Shown piece after piece: positions 28,747 to 38,638 of a stretch of DNA of 64,000 bases. The stretch comes from an uncultured Planctomycetales bacterium (GTDB lineage: Bacteria; Omnitrophota; Gorgyraeia; Zapsychrales; JANLHA01), in the NCBI GenBank assembly GCA_964595465.1, contig CAZQQI010000007.1, positions 3,930 to 67,929 on the forward strand, read 5' to 3'. Below the pieces are notes generated by a model that saw nothing but the letters and a program-made list of their open reading frames with translations, was not told the DNA's origin and made no database searches. Position 1 is the first letter of the stretch; every line of letters starts with the position of its first letter. Both the position numbers and the translations under genes were made by a program.

Positions 28747-29199
28747 ATGAAACGGAAATTTATTTTTATGATGATCGTTGTCCTGTTCGCAGGCTGCGGT
28801 TATATGGATGCGGGTGAGGACAGGCCTGCGGCATTAGAACAGGAAGACCAGCGCGTTGTTGAACGGATCGAAGATCCCCGGCTGGCCAAGCTGATTTTGA
28901 CGCCGAAAGAGTATAGGGTTGATATTTCCCGTGACCCTTTTAAGCCGCTGATCAGCCGTGAGAAAAATATGGAAAAAAAGAGTGACCCCCAGAGCGAGGC
29001 TATTGAACGGATGGAGTATTTAGGGAGTGTTCAATTCGGAGATGATGTTCAGGCCTTACTCAAGAGTCAAACTCAAACGGGTGTCTATCGTTCGGGCGAT
29101 GTGATCGGCCCATATACAATTGATTCTATTAAGGTGGATGAAATCCGGTTTTCTCATCGCGATTCCGGGGAAGCCGTTGTCTTAAAAAGGAGAGAATGA
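28747..29199 (+). CDS. PilP-like lipoprotein.
   Basis: A lipobox (FAGCG) and the conserved RDPF motif (SRDPFKPL) are present, followed by a C-terminal beta domain. Confidence 0.5.
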   Translation: MKRKFIFMMIVVLFAGCGYMDAGEDRPAALEQEDQRVVERIEDPRLAKLILTPKEYRVDISRDPFKPLISREKNMEKKSDPQSEAIERMEYLGSVQFGDDVQALLKSQTQTGVYRSGDVIGPYTIDSIKVDEIRFSHRDSGEAVVLKRRE

Positions 29200-29200
29200 T

Positions 29201-30805
29201 ATGTGTTATAAATTTAAGTGTTTGGTCATGATGGCCGTGATCAGTTTTATATGCCCGCCGGGAATGGCAGCAGCTCAGAATTTTGCTTCGACGGCTCAGG
29301 AGCAGAGTTCTGAATCCGGCGATGTGCTGGCTCAGCTGGAGAATATGGAGACGATGATCACGGAGCAGGAACAGCAGGTCGAGCAGCTGAAAACCCGGGA
29401 TATTCCTAAGGATGATGTCGCGCCAGCGGCTGTGGTGGAGCGGGAGATGAGTATGGAGGAACAGCAGGCTTATTGGCAGCAGGACGTTGCTGATCAGAGT
29501 ATTCCGGATATCAAGAAACGTCTCAGGATCGATGCGGCTTTTCGGGAGGCCAAGGAATTCATGAAGCAGGTCGACCAGGATTTGGAAAATGTTCCGCAGC
29601 GTGTCGAAAAAGACGTTATTTACGAAATTAAGACCCCGGAAGAGATCATTCGTGGTGTGATCCCGGAAGAGGTCGCCGGCCGTGAGATCGATCTGGATTT
29701 TGACGAGACCCCGCTGGAAGATGTTTTAATGACGTTAGGGGCCAGTGCCGAGGTGAATATCATGCTTGATCCGTCTTTACGCGGAAAAACGCTGGATCTT
29801 CATCTGAAATCTGTGACCGTTGAGCATGCTTTGCTGCTTATCGCCCAGCCGTTTGATCTGGGGTTTAAGCAGATCGGGAATTCCCTGCTGGTCACCGAAC
29901 GTCAAAAATTGCGGAATGAGACTCTTGAATCCAAGGTCTTCACCCTGCGCAATATCAGCGCGGACCAGGTCGAGATCCTGGTGCGGGATATGGTCGAGAC
30001 GGTCAATATTAGTCCGGACATTAACAGCCTTCTGGTCATGGGGTCTCCCCAGGAGATCCGCAAGGTCGAACGAATCATAAAAGAGGTCGATAAGCCTCAG
30101 CTGCAGGTTATTCTTGAGGCTAAGATCGTAGAGGTCGACAAGGGGGCGTTAAAACAATTGGGCGTGGATTGGTCAGATTCGATCTCGCTTTCGTATCAGG
30201 AAAGCGGCCGCCCCAATGAGTTTGATACGACAGAAGATGCCCCGGATAATCCCTTTAAGATCTTTCAGCTTTCACGCAGCGCTTTGCAGTTTGATACGGT
30301 CTTAAAAATGCTGGAGACGCAGGATAAGGCAAAAGTTTTGTCTAATCCTCGGGTGGCGACTATGAACGACCGTCAGGCGGAGATATTTGTCGGAGACCGC
30401 ATTCCGTATACGGTCACGACCGTGTCCGGGGGAGTCGCGACCACAGATGTCCGTTTTGAAGAGCCCGGGATCCGCTTGCAGATCACCCCTTCGATCATCG
30501 ACGAGGATTTTGTTGTCATTAAGGTCGAACCGGAAGTGAGTTACATTTTTTCATTCCGGGGAGATGCCGATGAATATCCCTGGACCAAAAAGCGCAGCGC
30601 GACGGCATATGTGAGGGTGAAGAACAATCAGCCGTTTGTCATGGGCGGACTGTTAAGCCAGCAGGATAAAGAGACGTTATACAAGGTGCCGTTTTTGGGA
30701 GATATTCCGCTCATCGGCAATTTGTTTAATTATGATGACAGAACCCTGGAAGATGTTGAATTGATCATTACCGTCGTTCCCAAGATCGTCCGGGGAGAAG
30801 AATAG
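29201..30805 (+). CDS. pilQ: Secretin (PilQ/GspD family) outer-membrane channel.
   Basis: It has a signal peptide and N-domains. The C-terminal secretin motif is VPFLGDIPLIGNLF...ELIITVVPKIV. Confidence 0.85.
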   Translation: MCYKFKCLVMMAVISFICPPGMAAAQNFASTAQEQSSESGDVLAQLENMETMITEQEQQVEQLKTRDIPKDDVAPAAVVEREMSMEEQQAYWQQDVADQSIPDIKKRLRIDAAFREAKEFMKQVDQDLENVPQRVEKDVIYEIKTPEEIIRGVIPEEVAGREIDLDFDETPLEDVLMTLGASAEVNIMLDPSLRGKTLDLHLKSVTVEHALLLIAQPFDLGFKQIGNSLLVTERQKLRNETLESKVFTLRNISADQVEILVRDMVETVNISPDINSLLVMGSPQEIRKVERIIKEVDKPQLQVILEAKIVEVDKGALKQLGVDWSDSISLSYQESGRPNEFDTTEDAPDNPFKIFQLSRSALQFDTVLKMLETQDKAKVLSNPRVATMNDRQAEIFVGDRIPYTVTTVSGGVATTDVRFEEPGIRLQITPSIIDEDFVVIKVEPEVSYIFSFRGDADEYPWTKKRSATAYVRVKNNQPFVMGGLLSQQDKETLYKVPFLGDIPLIGNLFNYDDRTLEDVELIITVVPKIVRGEE

Positions 30806-30876
30806 TATTTTTCCGATCCAGCAATATTCTTCAGGCCCCGTCAGCGATGGCGGGGTTTTTTCTTAAAGAGGAGATC

Positions 30877-33138
30877 ATGCGCAATTTTTCAAAGGAACAA
30901 GGGCGTCAGGGATTTTCGCTGGTCGATGTTTTGGTCGGGACAGTGATCCTGTTCACTGTGGCGGGGTTCGGGCTGACGGCCAGCCGGGCGTTACGGTATT
31001 CTCATGAGATCGCCCGGAACAATCTCACCGCCACAAATCTTCTTCAGCAAAGCCAGGAAGAACTGCGGTATGCCATTGGGATCGGGAACAATTATGATTC
31101 GATCCAAGCCTGTGATTTTCCGGCGCCGGGGGAAGACGCGGCCTGCGGATTAGAGGCCCATGATCCCGTTATTTTTCCGGGAATGGAGCGTCACTATGAG
31201 ATCGATTTTATTGCCGGCAGTACAGAGCTAAAAAAAGCTACGGTTTCTGTGCGCTGGCAGGGGGTAATGGGAAGTCCGCGCCAGGTTCAATCAGTGATGC
31301 TGCTGGCCCGTCCGCCGGATCCTTTGCCGGCGAATCTTTATGGTCTGGTGAGCAATGCTCTGACCGGCCGTCCAGTCCGCGGAGCGCGGATTGTCCTGAA
31401 TCATGAAAGACAGGATGTGGTGCCCCTTTCGAGTGTAACCAGTGCGGAAGAAGACGGTATCAATTATGATTTCAGTGATCCTTCGACCGGGATTTACCGG
31501 CTTGAGACAGGTTCCTGGAGCGTCGAAGTGACGCATCGGGATTATGAAACCTTCGGTCCGGTGAACATTGTGCCTCATTTGGTTAACAATGAGTCCCGTC
31601 GTTATGATATCGAACTTGATCCTAAGCCGCGCGCGTATCTGCGGGTTAACATTGTGGACTTGGCCGGAAGCCCTGTGACCCTGCATGATCGGGATACCAC
31701 GCTCAGGGCTTATCATGACGGAGGAATTTTAACAGATCATGCGTCTCAAAAATGTGAAGTGAGGGGAGGCGGATTGCGTTCTGTGGAGTGGGAGTTTACG
31801 GATGAGCAGATCTCCGGAGGAGAATTAGCTGTTACGGTGAACACTTCTGACGCTTATCAGTCTTTTTATGTGGGCGATTTTGACTGTGATTCATATGCCG
31901 GGACCAGCCTGTGTGCCGACGGGTGGTCGTCATCTTTTTCTGCCGGTCACAGCTGGAACGGAGGCGGGGACGGTGATACCGTCATCCTGCGTATCGGAGA
32001 AACCACAGAAGTGGATGTTCCTTTACGGCCTGTTCCGCAGGCTGTTGTTTACGGTCAGTTCACATTGTCCGGACAGCCATTAACGCGCAGCGCGGCTCTC
32101 TATATGAAGACCAGCAGGTGGGCTTCTATCCATAGTTACGCGTCGTCTCGCTGTGACCCCGCGCAGGGACATTTTCCTTGTAACGGGATACGCACTACGG
32201 CGACAGGGACCTACCGCCTGCCGGTCCCGGCTCTGCAGGAGTTTTTGCCGGATACCGCTACGCATCAGCTGCGTATTCAGGCCAGAGAGATCTGGGCGGA
32301 TGTCGAACAATGCTGTCAAACGGTCGAGCAGACCCGTCTTTATGATTCGTACCGTTATCTTGACGCAGATGGCGAGGGAAGCCGGTCTTTATTATCCGGA
32401 ACGATAGAACAATATAACACGGACAAGGTGCCTCCGCCGCCGTATGTCTGCGGCGATGTTGAAGGTGAGGTCTTTGATGATAAAACCGGTGATCCCATTG
32501 TCAGCGGGGCGGTTCAGCTTTCTTACGGGGGGCGAGAATCTACCGACGGATCCGGAGATTATGAATATGTCTGTCCGGACCCGATGTTTGATGAACAGGG
32601 TAACCAGACAGCCTTCCGCGTTAAAAAAGGGAATAACGCATTATATGCCTGGAAAGGCGGGTATTATTCTTATCGTATGCCGGGGAATCTTTGGTATGAC
32701 AGCGGATCGTCTTATTTATATGTGAAGGAAAATGAGCGGATCGATGCCGGGCGCATTGAACTGTGGCCGCGGGGATACGGCGACCTGAGAGTTACTGTTC
32801 TGGATGCCGATACGGCGGAGCCGTTAAACGGGATGACTGTGGATCTTTCGTATTACAGTAGTGCCGGTCCTGGTGATCCGTCAGCTTTGACAACGGATGA
32901 TGCCGGAAGCGTTCTGTTTTCGCGGGTTCTGGAGACCTGGCCGCCGGAGGATCTTCCGGAAACCGGATACAAGACCACGGTACGTCGGCACAGCGCGGCC
33001 GCGGAGGATCCGGCGGGAAGATATCTTCAGGTTAACCGCGATGCCCAAGACCGGCCGGTACCGTACCCGGTTTCTGTGATTGCGGACGGCCTGCAGACAC
33101 TGACAATACTTATGGAGGATACCGGTGGCGGGATGTGA
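30877..33138 (+). CDS. Very large (753 aa) prepilin-type protein: an N-terminal pseudopilin helix fused to a Cys-rich extracellular region. It is a candidate tip adhesin or minor pilin.
   Basis: The GFSLVDVLVGTVILFTV cleavage/methylation motif lies after a short leader. Start is chosen at ATG 30877. Downstream are more than 700 aa with many Cys and carboxypeptidase-regulatory-like beta repeats. Confidence 0.55.
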   Translation: MRNFSKEQGRQGFSLVDVLVGTVILFTVAGFGLTASRALRYSHEIARNNLTATNLLQQSQEELRYAIGIGNNYDSIQACDFPAPGEDAACGLEAHDPVIFPGMERHYEIDFIAGSTELKKATVSVRWQGVMGSPRQVQSVMLLARPPDPLPANLYGLVSNALTGRPVRGARIVLNHERQDVVPLSSVTSAEEDGINYDFSDPSTGIYRLETGSWSVEVTHRDYETFGPVNIVPHLVNNESRRYDIELDPKPRAYLRVNIVDLAGSPVTLHDRDTTLRAYHDGGILTDHASQKCEVRGGGLRSVEWEFTDEQISGGELAVTVNTSDAYQSFYVGDFDCDSYAGTSLCADGWSSSFSAGHSWNGGGDGDTVILRIGETTEVDVPLRPVPQAVVYGQFTLSGQPLTRSAALYMKTSRWASIHSYASSRCDPAQGHFPCNGIRTTATGTYRLPVPALQEFLPDTATHQLRIQAREIWADVEQCCQTVEQTRLYDSYRYLDADGEGSRSLLSGTIEQYNTDKVPPPPYVCGDVEGEVFDDKTGDPIVSGAVQLSYGGRESTDGSGDYEYVCPDPMFDEQGNQTAFRVKKGNNALYAWKGGYYSYRMPGNLWYDSGSSYLYVKENERIDAGRIELWPRGYGDLRVTVLDADTAEPLNGMTVDLSYYSSAGPGDPSALTTDDAGSVLFSRVLETWPPEDLPETGYKTTVRRHSAAAEDPAGRYLQVNRDAQDRPVPYPVSVIADGLQTLTILMEDTGGGM

Positions 33139-33628
33139 GCAGATAAAATGTTATGCGGGCAAGGACTTGCGTCGCGGCTATAGTTTGATCGAAATGATCG
33201 TATCGATGATGATCTTTTCTACTCTTGCTGTGGTCGGGGGGATGGTGTTTTTTAGCAATGTGGTCATGTTTGATAAGCGGATGTCCAGTGCAGATCTTTG
33301 GCAGGAGGCCAATGTCTTTATTGAAGCGGTCACTGAAGATGTCCGGGAGGCCTCCCGTGTGGATGTTCCCAGCGGTTCGGACGATGTATTAATCGGGTAT
33401 GACCGTGATGGAAATCAGGCGTTCCGTTATGAAATTGCTGATGACGGCAAGGTCCGCGCTCTCTCGGGACCCTGGGGCGGCACGGTCTTTACCCGGCGTG
33501 CCGATAGCAGTAAGAGCGGGTTTGAACATTACGGCAATATGATCGATGTGAGCATAACGCTTATTGATCCGTCTTTTGTTAAAGATATAGCGGTCGCGAC
33601 CGGGACACGCATTGTTCTGAGGAATTAA
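33125..33628 (+). CDS. Minor pseudopilin (GspJ/PilW-like).
   Basis: The prepilin motif RRGYSLIEMIVSMMIFS is present. The true start is probably an internal TTG or GTG near 33161, which would give the leader MRRG. Confidence 0.55.
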   Translation: MAGCEQIKCYAGKDLRRGYSLIEMIVSMMIFSTLAVVGGMVFFSNVVMFDKRMSSADLWQEANVFIEAVTEDVREASRVDVPSGSDDVLIGYDRDGNQAFRYEIADDGKVRALSGPWGGTVFTRRADSSKSGFEHYGNMIDVSITLIDPSFVKDIAVATGTRIVLRN

Positions 33629-34936
33629 ATGAGAAAAAAAACACTGAAAATGCGCAGGTACAGGAACGGATCAAAAGGACAGGCCTTGCTGGGGGCGCTG
33701 TTTGTTATCATTATGGTCTTCGGCTACCTCACGGCGGCTGTGATCCGTTCCAACAGTGATATGCATCAGGCCGAATTTCGTAAATATTCACAAGAGGCTT
33801 TTTATGCTGCTGACTCAGGTGTACAGTGGGCTCTCTTTAATTTCCGTCGAGATCCGAGCTGGGGGTGGACGACCGAAAGCGGAGTGCAGACCTTTGATAT
33901 CAATGTCGCAGCAGAGAATTTCAGTTATCCGGTGGAGGATTGGGATTGCCGTGTCAGTGTGGATGACGGCGGCGCCTGGAGGGGGTGGACCAGAACACGG
34001 CTGGTGACGTCTGTCGGCAGGGATCCCGGTCGGAATGTGAACCGGACGGTCGTCGCACGTATCGTGGTCGAGAATCCTGCGCGCTTTCTGGTCTCGACGC
34101 TGGGGGATCTTATCCTGGAGAATGGAGCGGATATTCACGCACCAATTTTGGCCCAGAACATTATTTTTCGCGGACCGGATATTGATTTTATTGATCATGA
34201 CGTTTTGGGGATAGAGGCCAAGGCGTATTACTTTAATGCTGTTTTTGGTGCCGACAGCACTGGTACGCCGTATTATAGCGTTTCCGATGTTGAGGAGACC
34301 GATCCGATTGTCTTTTCATCTGTTGATGAACAATATTTCAGAACTCTCGCCAATGATGTCCGTTTAGGGGGGATGGTCGAATATTCTGCTTTGCCGGAAA
34401 AACATATGACTCTTCAGAATTATTCTGAAGGGTTTTCCGGTGAAGGGGCCGGTCTGATCTTCAGTGAAGGGGATGTCTATGTACAGGGAAGGTACGATCA
34501 TTCTATGATGGTTGTGGCAAAGGGGGATATCCATATAGCCGGCTCCCTGGATGCGCAGCTGCCGGATTCTGGTCCGGCTCCCCAATTAGCGCTTTTTTCC
34601 CGGGGGGATATTCTCATTGATGATGGGGCTGTTGATGCTGAAGGAAATTTAACAATAGAAGCAATGCTTGTCGCTGACGGTCAGGAAGATGGCGGGGACG
34701 GAAGGTCGTACGGGGGTGTGGTCCGTGCGCTGGCAGAGAATAATGTTTTTAATCATTTAAACTTTTTCGGGACCATTGCGGCCCGGGGGGAAGGGACGGA
34801 AGGCGACAGTTCGGCTGTAACGCTTTCGGCATTTCGCACTCGCAGTTATACGTTTAATCCCGCTTTGAGCCAGGACAACACCCTGCCGTTCAACATTCCG
34901 CATTTTGTCAATATTCTTTCCTGGGAACGGCAATGA
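33629..34936 (+). CDS. GspK/PilX-like minor pseudopilin (435 aa).
   Basis: The N-terminal GQALLGALFVIIMV matches the GspK-type non-canonical prepilin helix. A large periplasmic domain follows. Confidence 0.5.
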   Translation: MRKKTLKMRRYRNGSKGQALLGALFVIIMVFGYLTAAVIRSNSDMHQAEFRKYSQEAFYAADSGVQWALFNFRRDPSWGWTTESGVQTFDINVAAENFSYPVEDWDCRVSVDDGGAWRGWTRTRLVTSVGRDPGRNVNRTVVARIVVENPARFLVSTLGDLILENGADIHAPILAQNIIFRGPDIDFIDHDVLGIEAKAYYFNAVFGADSTGTPYYSVSDVEETDPIVFSSVDEQYFRTLANDVRLGGMVEYSALPEKHMTLQNYSEGFSGEGAGLIFSEGDVYVQGRYDHSMMVVAKGDIHIAGSLDAQLPDSGPAPQLALFSRGDILIDDGAVDAEGNLTIEAMLVADGQEDGGDGRSYGGVVRALAENNVFNHLNFFGTIAARGEGTEGDSSAVTLSAFRTRSYTFNPALSQDNTLPFNIPHFVNILSWERQ

Positions 34937-34964
34937 AAAGCTTTTCCTTGACGCATTGTATATA

Positions 34965-34992
34965 TTGACAAAAGCAACACATTGAATACAAT
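34965..34992 (+). promoter_or_regulatory. Sigma-70-type promoter (TTGACA-16-TACAAT) in an AT-rich gap.
   Basis: TTGACA lies at 34965-34970 and TACAAT at 34987-34992, upstream of the XRE::CBM48 gene. Confidence 0.45.
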
Positions 34993-35075
34993 ATAAAAGT
35001 CATGTGTATATAGTTATATTTTTTTACAATGAATGCAGCGCAAGGTTAACAGAGCGTTAATCTGATCTCTCTCTT

Positions 35076-35516
35076 ATGATCGGCAGTAATCTTAAAAAAT
35101 TTCGACAGCAGAAAGGTTTGACTCAAAAAGATCTGGCCGATATTTTGGGTGTTTCCCGTCAGGCGGTCTGTCTTTGGGAGGCAGGTAAGCGTGAAGTCCG
35201 TGTGGGTTTTTTAAGTCTGCTGGCCGATATCTTAGGGATTACGGTCGATGAATTGGTCCGCTGCGGATCGGCCACAGGTTTTCAGTACTTGTCTGTTTCT
35301 GCTGTAGAGGTTGGCCTGGTTGGGGATTTTAATCATTGGGCGAAACCGTTGCCCTTGAAAAATGAAGGGAACGGTCTTTGGCGCATCACGCTCGATCTTA
35401 AACCCGGACGCTATGAATATAAATTTTATGTCGACGGAGAATGGTGCCTCGATCCGGAAAACGGCCAGACAGTCAGCAATCGTTACGGAACACAAAATTC
35501 TGTTGTGACGGTTTAG
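35076..35516 (+). CDS. Fusion of an XRE-family HTH DNA-binding domain with a CBM48 / AMPK-beta-like glycogen-binding module.
   Basis: The N-terminal LKKFRQQKGLTQKDLADILGVSRQAVCLWE is a classic Cro/C1 HTH. The C-terminal GDFNHWAKPLPL...WRITLDLKPGRYEYKFYVDGEWCLDP is the CBM48/E-set starch-binding signature. Confidence 0.7.
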   Translation: MIGSNLKKFRQQKGLTQKDLADILGVSRQAVCLWEAGKREVRVGFLSLLADILGITVDELVRCGSATGFQYLSVSAVEVGLVGDFNHWAKPLPLKNEGNGLWRITLDLKPGRYEYKFYVDGEWCLDPENGQTVSNRYGTQNSVVTV

Positions 35517-35552
35517 TTTACGGCTGCAGGTCACTTAAATGGCGAATACGAA

Positions 35553-36971
35553 ATGTTAAGCAGGGGACAAGAAAAGGAGAATACGGTGGCAGATAAAAAG
35601 AAAACGCCTAAAAAAACAACCAGGCAAACATCCGCTAAATCAAAGTCTAAAAAATCAGCCGTAAAAAAATCTCCGAAAAAGAAAACGGGTAAAAAGGCGG
35701 CGAAAAAGGCGGTAAAAAAATCCCCGCTCCAAAAGGGCGCGTCTGTAAAGAAGAAAACGGCAGTGAAAAAAAAGGGTTTATCCGCAAAAAAGAAAACCGT
35801 TGCGAAGAAAAAAAGCTTATCCGCAGAAAAGAAAACGACAGCGAAGAAAAAGAGCCCGGTTACCAATAAGAGGGTAAAGGGCATGATCCGTACCAACCTG
35901 GAGTATGCCTCCCGCGCCAAGCGTCCGGTCTTTATCGACAGCGAAGCCATGCCGGAAAGTTACGGCTCCACCAGTGTGGTCTTGATCGCGCGTGATCCCC
36001 GCTGGATCCATGCTTATTGGGAGATCGCCCCGTCCAGTATTGAAGAGGTCCGCGCGCGTTACGGAAAATCTGTCGACCGCGCTGTTAAAGTCCTGCGCAT
36101 GTATGACGTGACCATGATCAATTTTGACGGCCGTAATGCCAATCATATTTTTGATATTGAGGTGGGGGACGCTAATAATTGGTATGTGAATTTGCCTAAT
36201 GATCATGTCTCCTATTGCGCGGACATCGGCTTATTGACCCCGGAGAGTGATTTTTTTACGCTGGCCCGTTCGAATTTTGTGACGACCCCGCGTGCTCATG
36301 TGTCTCCCCGCAAAGAATTGGTCTGGATGGCTGTCGAGCCCGGGGCTGAACCAACGGCTTTTGTCTATGACGGAGAGGATCCCGCTCTGGAGACGGGTAA
36401 GACAAGTGTGCCTTCAGATGTCGTGATCGGCGAAGCGCATATCCGTGATTATTATTCACGGGTCTTTCCCTTGCTGCGCCGTGTCCTGATGCGGCATGCT
36501 TCTGAAGAAGGAGCCACAGCCCAAAGCGCGGTGGACGCTGCTTTGCAGTATATCGAAGACCAGGATATGATGGCCTATGATTATTTCCGCCGGATCCTGC
36601 TCGGAGCTTCTGAAGAAATGATGGAAAAGGGCCGTATGGGGGAAGAAGGTATCGGCGGAATTTCCAGTGAAGAATTGGCCCCTTCATCCTGGGGCGGGGC
36701 CTCGGAAGAGGGTGCACCAGGTCCGCAGAGCGGATTCTTTTTTGAGCTCGGTACGGAATTGATCGTTTATGGGCGGACCGAGCCTGACGCGAAAGTGGAG
36801 TGGGGTGGGAAACCGATCATGCTCCGAGAGGACGGGACCTTTACGCTAAGAATGGCCCTGCCCACGGATACGCATATTCCTCTGGATTTTACTGCTGTTA
36901 AGTATGATGGGCGGCATCGCCGTTCGATCAATACAGCCGCACAGCGGGACTCTACGGAATATAAAGAATAA
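35553..36971 (+). CDS. DUF4912-like protein with a long N-terminal histone-H1-like Lys/Ala-rich tail.
   Basis: The first ~110 aa are KKKT/AKKK repeats. The remainder carries a DPRWIHAYWEI-type motif that I associate with DUF4912 proteins found next to GH57 genes. Confidence 0.45.
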   Translation: MLSRGQEKENTVADKKKTPKKTTRQTSAKSKSKKSAVKKSPKKKTGKKAAKKAVKKSPLQKGASVKKKTAVKKKGLSAKKKTVAKKKSLSAEKKTTAKKKSPVTNKRVKGMIRTNLEYASRAKRPVFIDSEAMPESYGSTSVVLIARDPRWIHAYWEIAPSSIEEVRARYGKSVDRAVKVLRMYDVTMINFDGRNANHIFDIEVGDANNWYVNLPNDHVSYCADIGLLTPESDFFTLARSNFVTTPRAHVSPRKELVWMAVEPGAEPTAFVYDGEDPALETGKTSVPSDVVIGEAHIRDYYSRVFPLLRRVLMRHASEEGATAQSAVDAALQYIEDQDMMAYDYFRRILLGASEEMMEKGRMGEEGIGGISSEELAPSSWGGASEEGAPGPQSGFFFELGTELIVYGRTEPDAKVEWGGKPIMLREDGTFTLRMALPTDTHIPLDFTAVKYDGRHRRSINTAAQRDSTEYKE

Positions 36972-37003
36972 TGTAACGGATATTTTCTGAAGACCTTTTT
37001 TTC

Positions 37004-38638
37004 GTGGTCTTATTTGAATATGTTAGGAGCAGTATGGCCCAGGGTTATCTTTCATTGGTTCTGCACGCGCACCTGCCTTTTGTCCGGCATCCGGAAGAAG
37101 AGTATTTCCTTGAAGAGAACTGGCTGTATGAGGCGATCACCGAGACCTACCTGCCTTTGCTGATGACGCTGGAACAGCTGGTCCGGGACGGGGTGTATTT
37201 CCGTCTGACTTTGTCGCTTAGTCCTACATTGGTCAGCATGTTGAGGGACCCTTTTTTACAAGAGCGGTATATCCTTCATTTGGACCGCATGATCGAACTG
37301 GCCGGCCGGGAGATCGAACGGACCGGTTTCGATGCCCGGTATCATGGATTAGCCCTGATGTATCATCGTCGTTTTGTTGATTTTCGTCATATGTTCTGCG
37401 AGACCTATCAGCGGGACCTGGTCGGTGCGTTCAAATACTTTCAGGATACGGGCTGTTTGGAGATCATGACCAGCTGTGCGACACATGGATTCCTGCCGAT
37501 TTTGGCCGTTAATCCGCGGGCAGCTGAGGCCCAGATCCGTATCGGTGTCGACTCGTATACAGAAGTATTCGGACGTCCGCCGCGCGGGATCTGGCTGCCG
37601 GAATGCGGCTTTGTCCCGGGCATCGACACGATGCTTAAGCGGGTCGGGATCAGATATTTCATAGTGGATTCCCACGGTCTGATGTATTCAGATCCGCGCC
37701 CTAAATATGGGATCTTTGCGCCGGTCTATACACCTGCGGGGGTTGCTGCTTTCGGCCGGGATTGGGAATCGTCCAAACAGGTTTGGAGTGCCAAAGAGGG
37801 ATATCCCGGGGATCCGGCCTATCGCGAATATTATCGGGATATCGGCCATGAACTGGAATATGAATACGTCAGGCCGTATATTGATCCGGCCGGCACCCGT
37901 GTCAATACCGGTCTGAAGTATTGGCGGGTAACGGGGCAGACCGCGGCCAAAGAGCCTTACCGTCCGGATATTGCCAGGGAAAAGGCGGCGGAGCACGCCG
38001 CGGATTTCATCGCCCGGCGGCAGTCTCAGGTAAGGGATCTTCATAATAGAATGCACCGTGATCCGATCATTGTCGCGCCTTACGATGCTGAACTTTACGG
38101 CCATTGGTGGTATGAAGGGCCTGTTTTTATGGATTTTCTTTTTCGTAAACTGGCTTTTGATCAGTCACTGATCCGTCCCGCGACGCCGACAGAATATCTT
38201 ACGGCTTACCGTGTGAACCAAATGGCCATGCCGTCATCTTCCAGCTGGGGTTATAAAGGTTACAGTGAGTATTGGCTGGATAAAAGCAACGACTGGATCT
38301 ACCGGCATATCCATAAGGCAGCTGAACGTATGCAGGAGCTGGCCGTTAAATTCAGCACAGAGATACAGAATCCCAAGGATTCTGTGACAAAGCGGGCACT
38401 TAATCAGGCGGCACGGGAACTTTTGTTGGCTGAATCCAGCGATTGGCCCTTTATTATGCGGACCGGGACGATGGTGGCATATGCCCAACGCAGGATCCGT
38501 CTGCATATTTCCCGGTTTACCCGTTTATATGATGATTTGCTGGAGAAAAACATATCGGAAGAATGGTTGACAGAAATCGAAGAACGCGATAATCTCTTTT
38601 CTGATATGGAATGTGCCCGTTATTATCTCCCTGAATGA
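37004..38638 (+). CDS. GH57 family alpha-glucan enzyme, probably a 1,4-alpha-glucan branching enzyme (DUF1957-containing).
   Basis: GH57 signatures are present: LVLHAHLPF near the N-terminus, a GIWLPECGF nucleophile region and a C-terminal helical DUF1957-like region. Confidence 0.8.
   Translation: MVLFEYVRSSMAQGYLSLVLHAHLPFVRHPEEEYFLEENWLYEAITETYLPLLMTLEQLVRDGVYFRLTLSLSPTLVSMLRDPFLQERYILHLDRMIELAGREIERTGFDARYHGLALMYHRRFVDFRHMFCETYQRDLVGAFKYFQDTGCLEIMTSCATHGFLPILAVNPRAAEAQIRIGVDSYTEVFGRPPRGIWLPECGFVPGIDTMLKRVGIRYFIVDSHGLMYSDPRPKYGIFAPVYTPAGVAAFGRDWESSKQVWSAKEGYPGDPAYREYYRDIGHELEYEYVRPYIDPAGTRVNTGLKYWRVTGQTAAKEPYRPDIAREKAAEHAADFIARRQSQVRDLHNRMHRDPIIVAPYDAELYGHWWYEGPVFMDFLFRKLAFDQSLIRPATPTEYLTAYRVNQMAMPSSSSWGYKGYSEYWLDKSNDWIYRHIHKAAERMQELAVKFSTEIQNPKDSVTKRALNQAARELLLAESSDWPFIMRTGTMVAYAQRRIRLHISRFTRLYDDLLEKNISEEWLTEIEERDNLFSDMECARYYLPE

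Noticed and set aside
35531-35950. A 139-aa minus-strand ORF rich in Phe opposite the Lys-rich tail.
   Set aside because: It is an artefact of the poly-A and poly-T coding repeat of the DUF4912-like gene.
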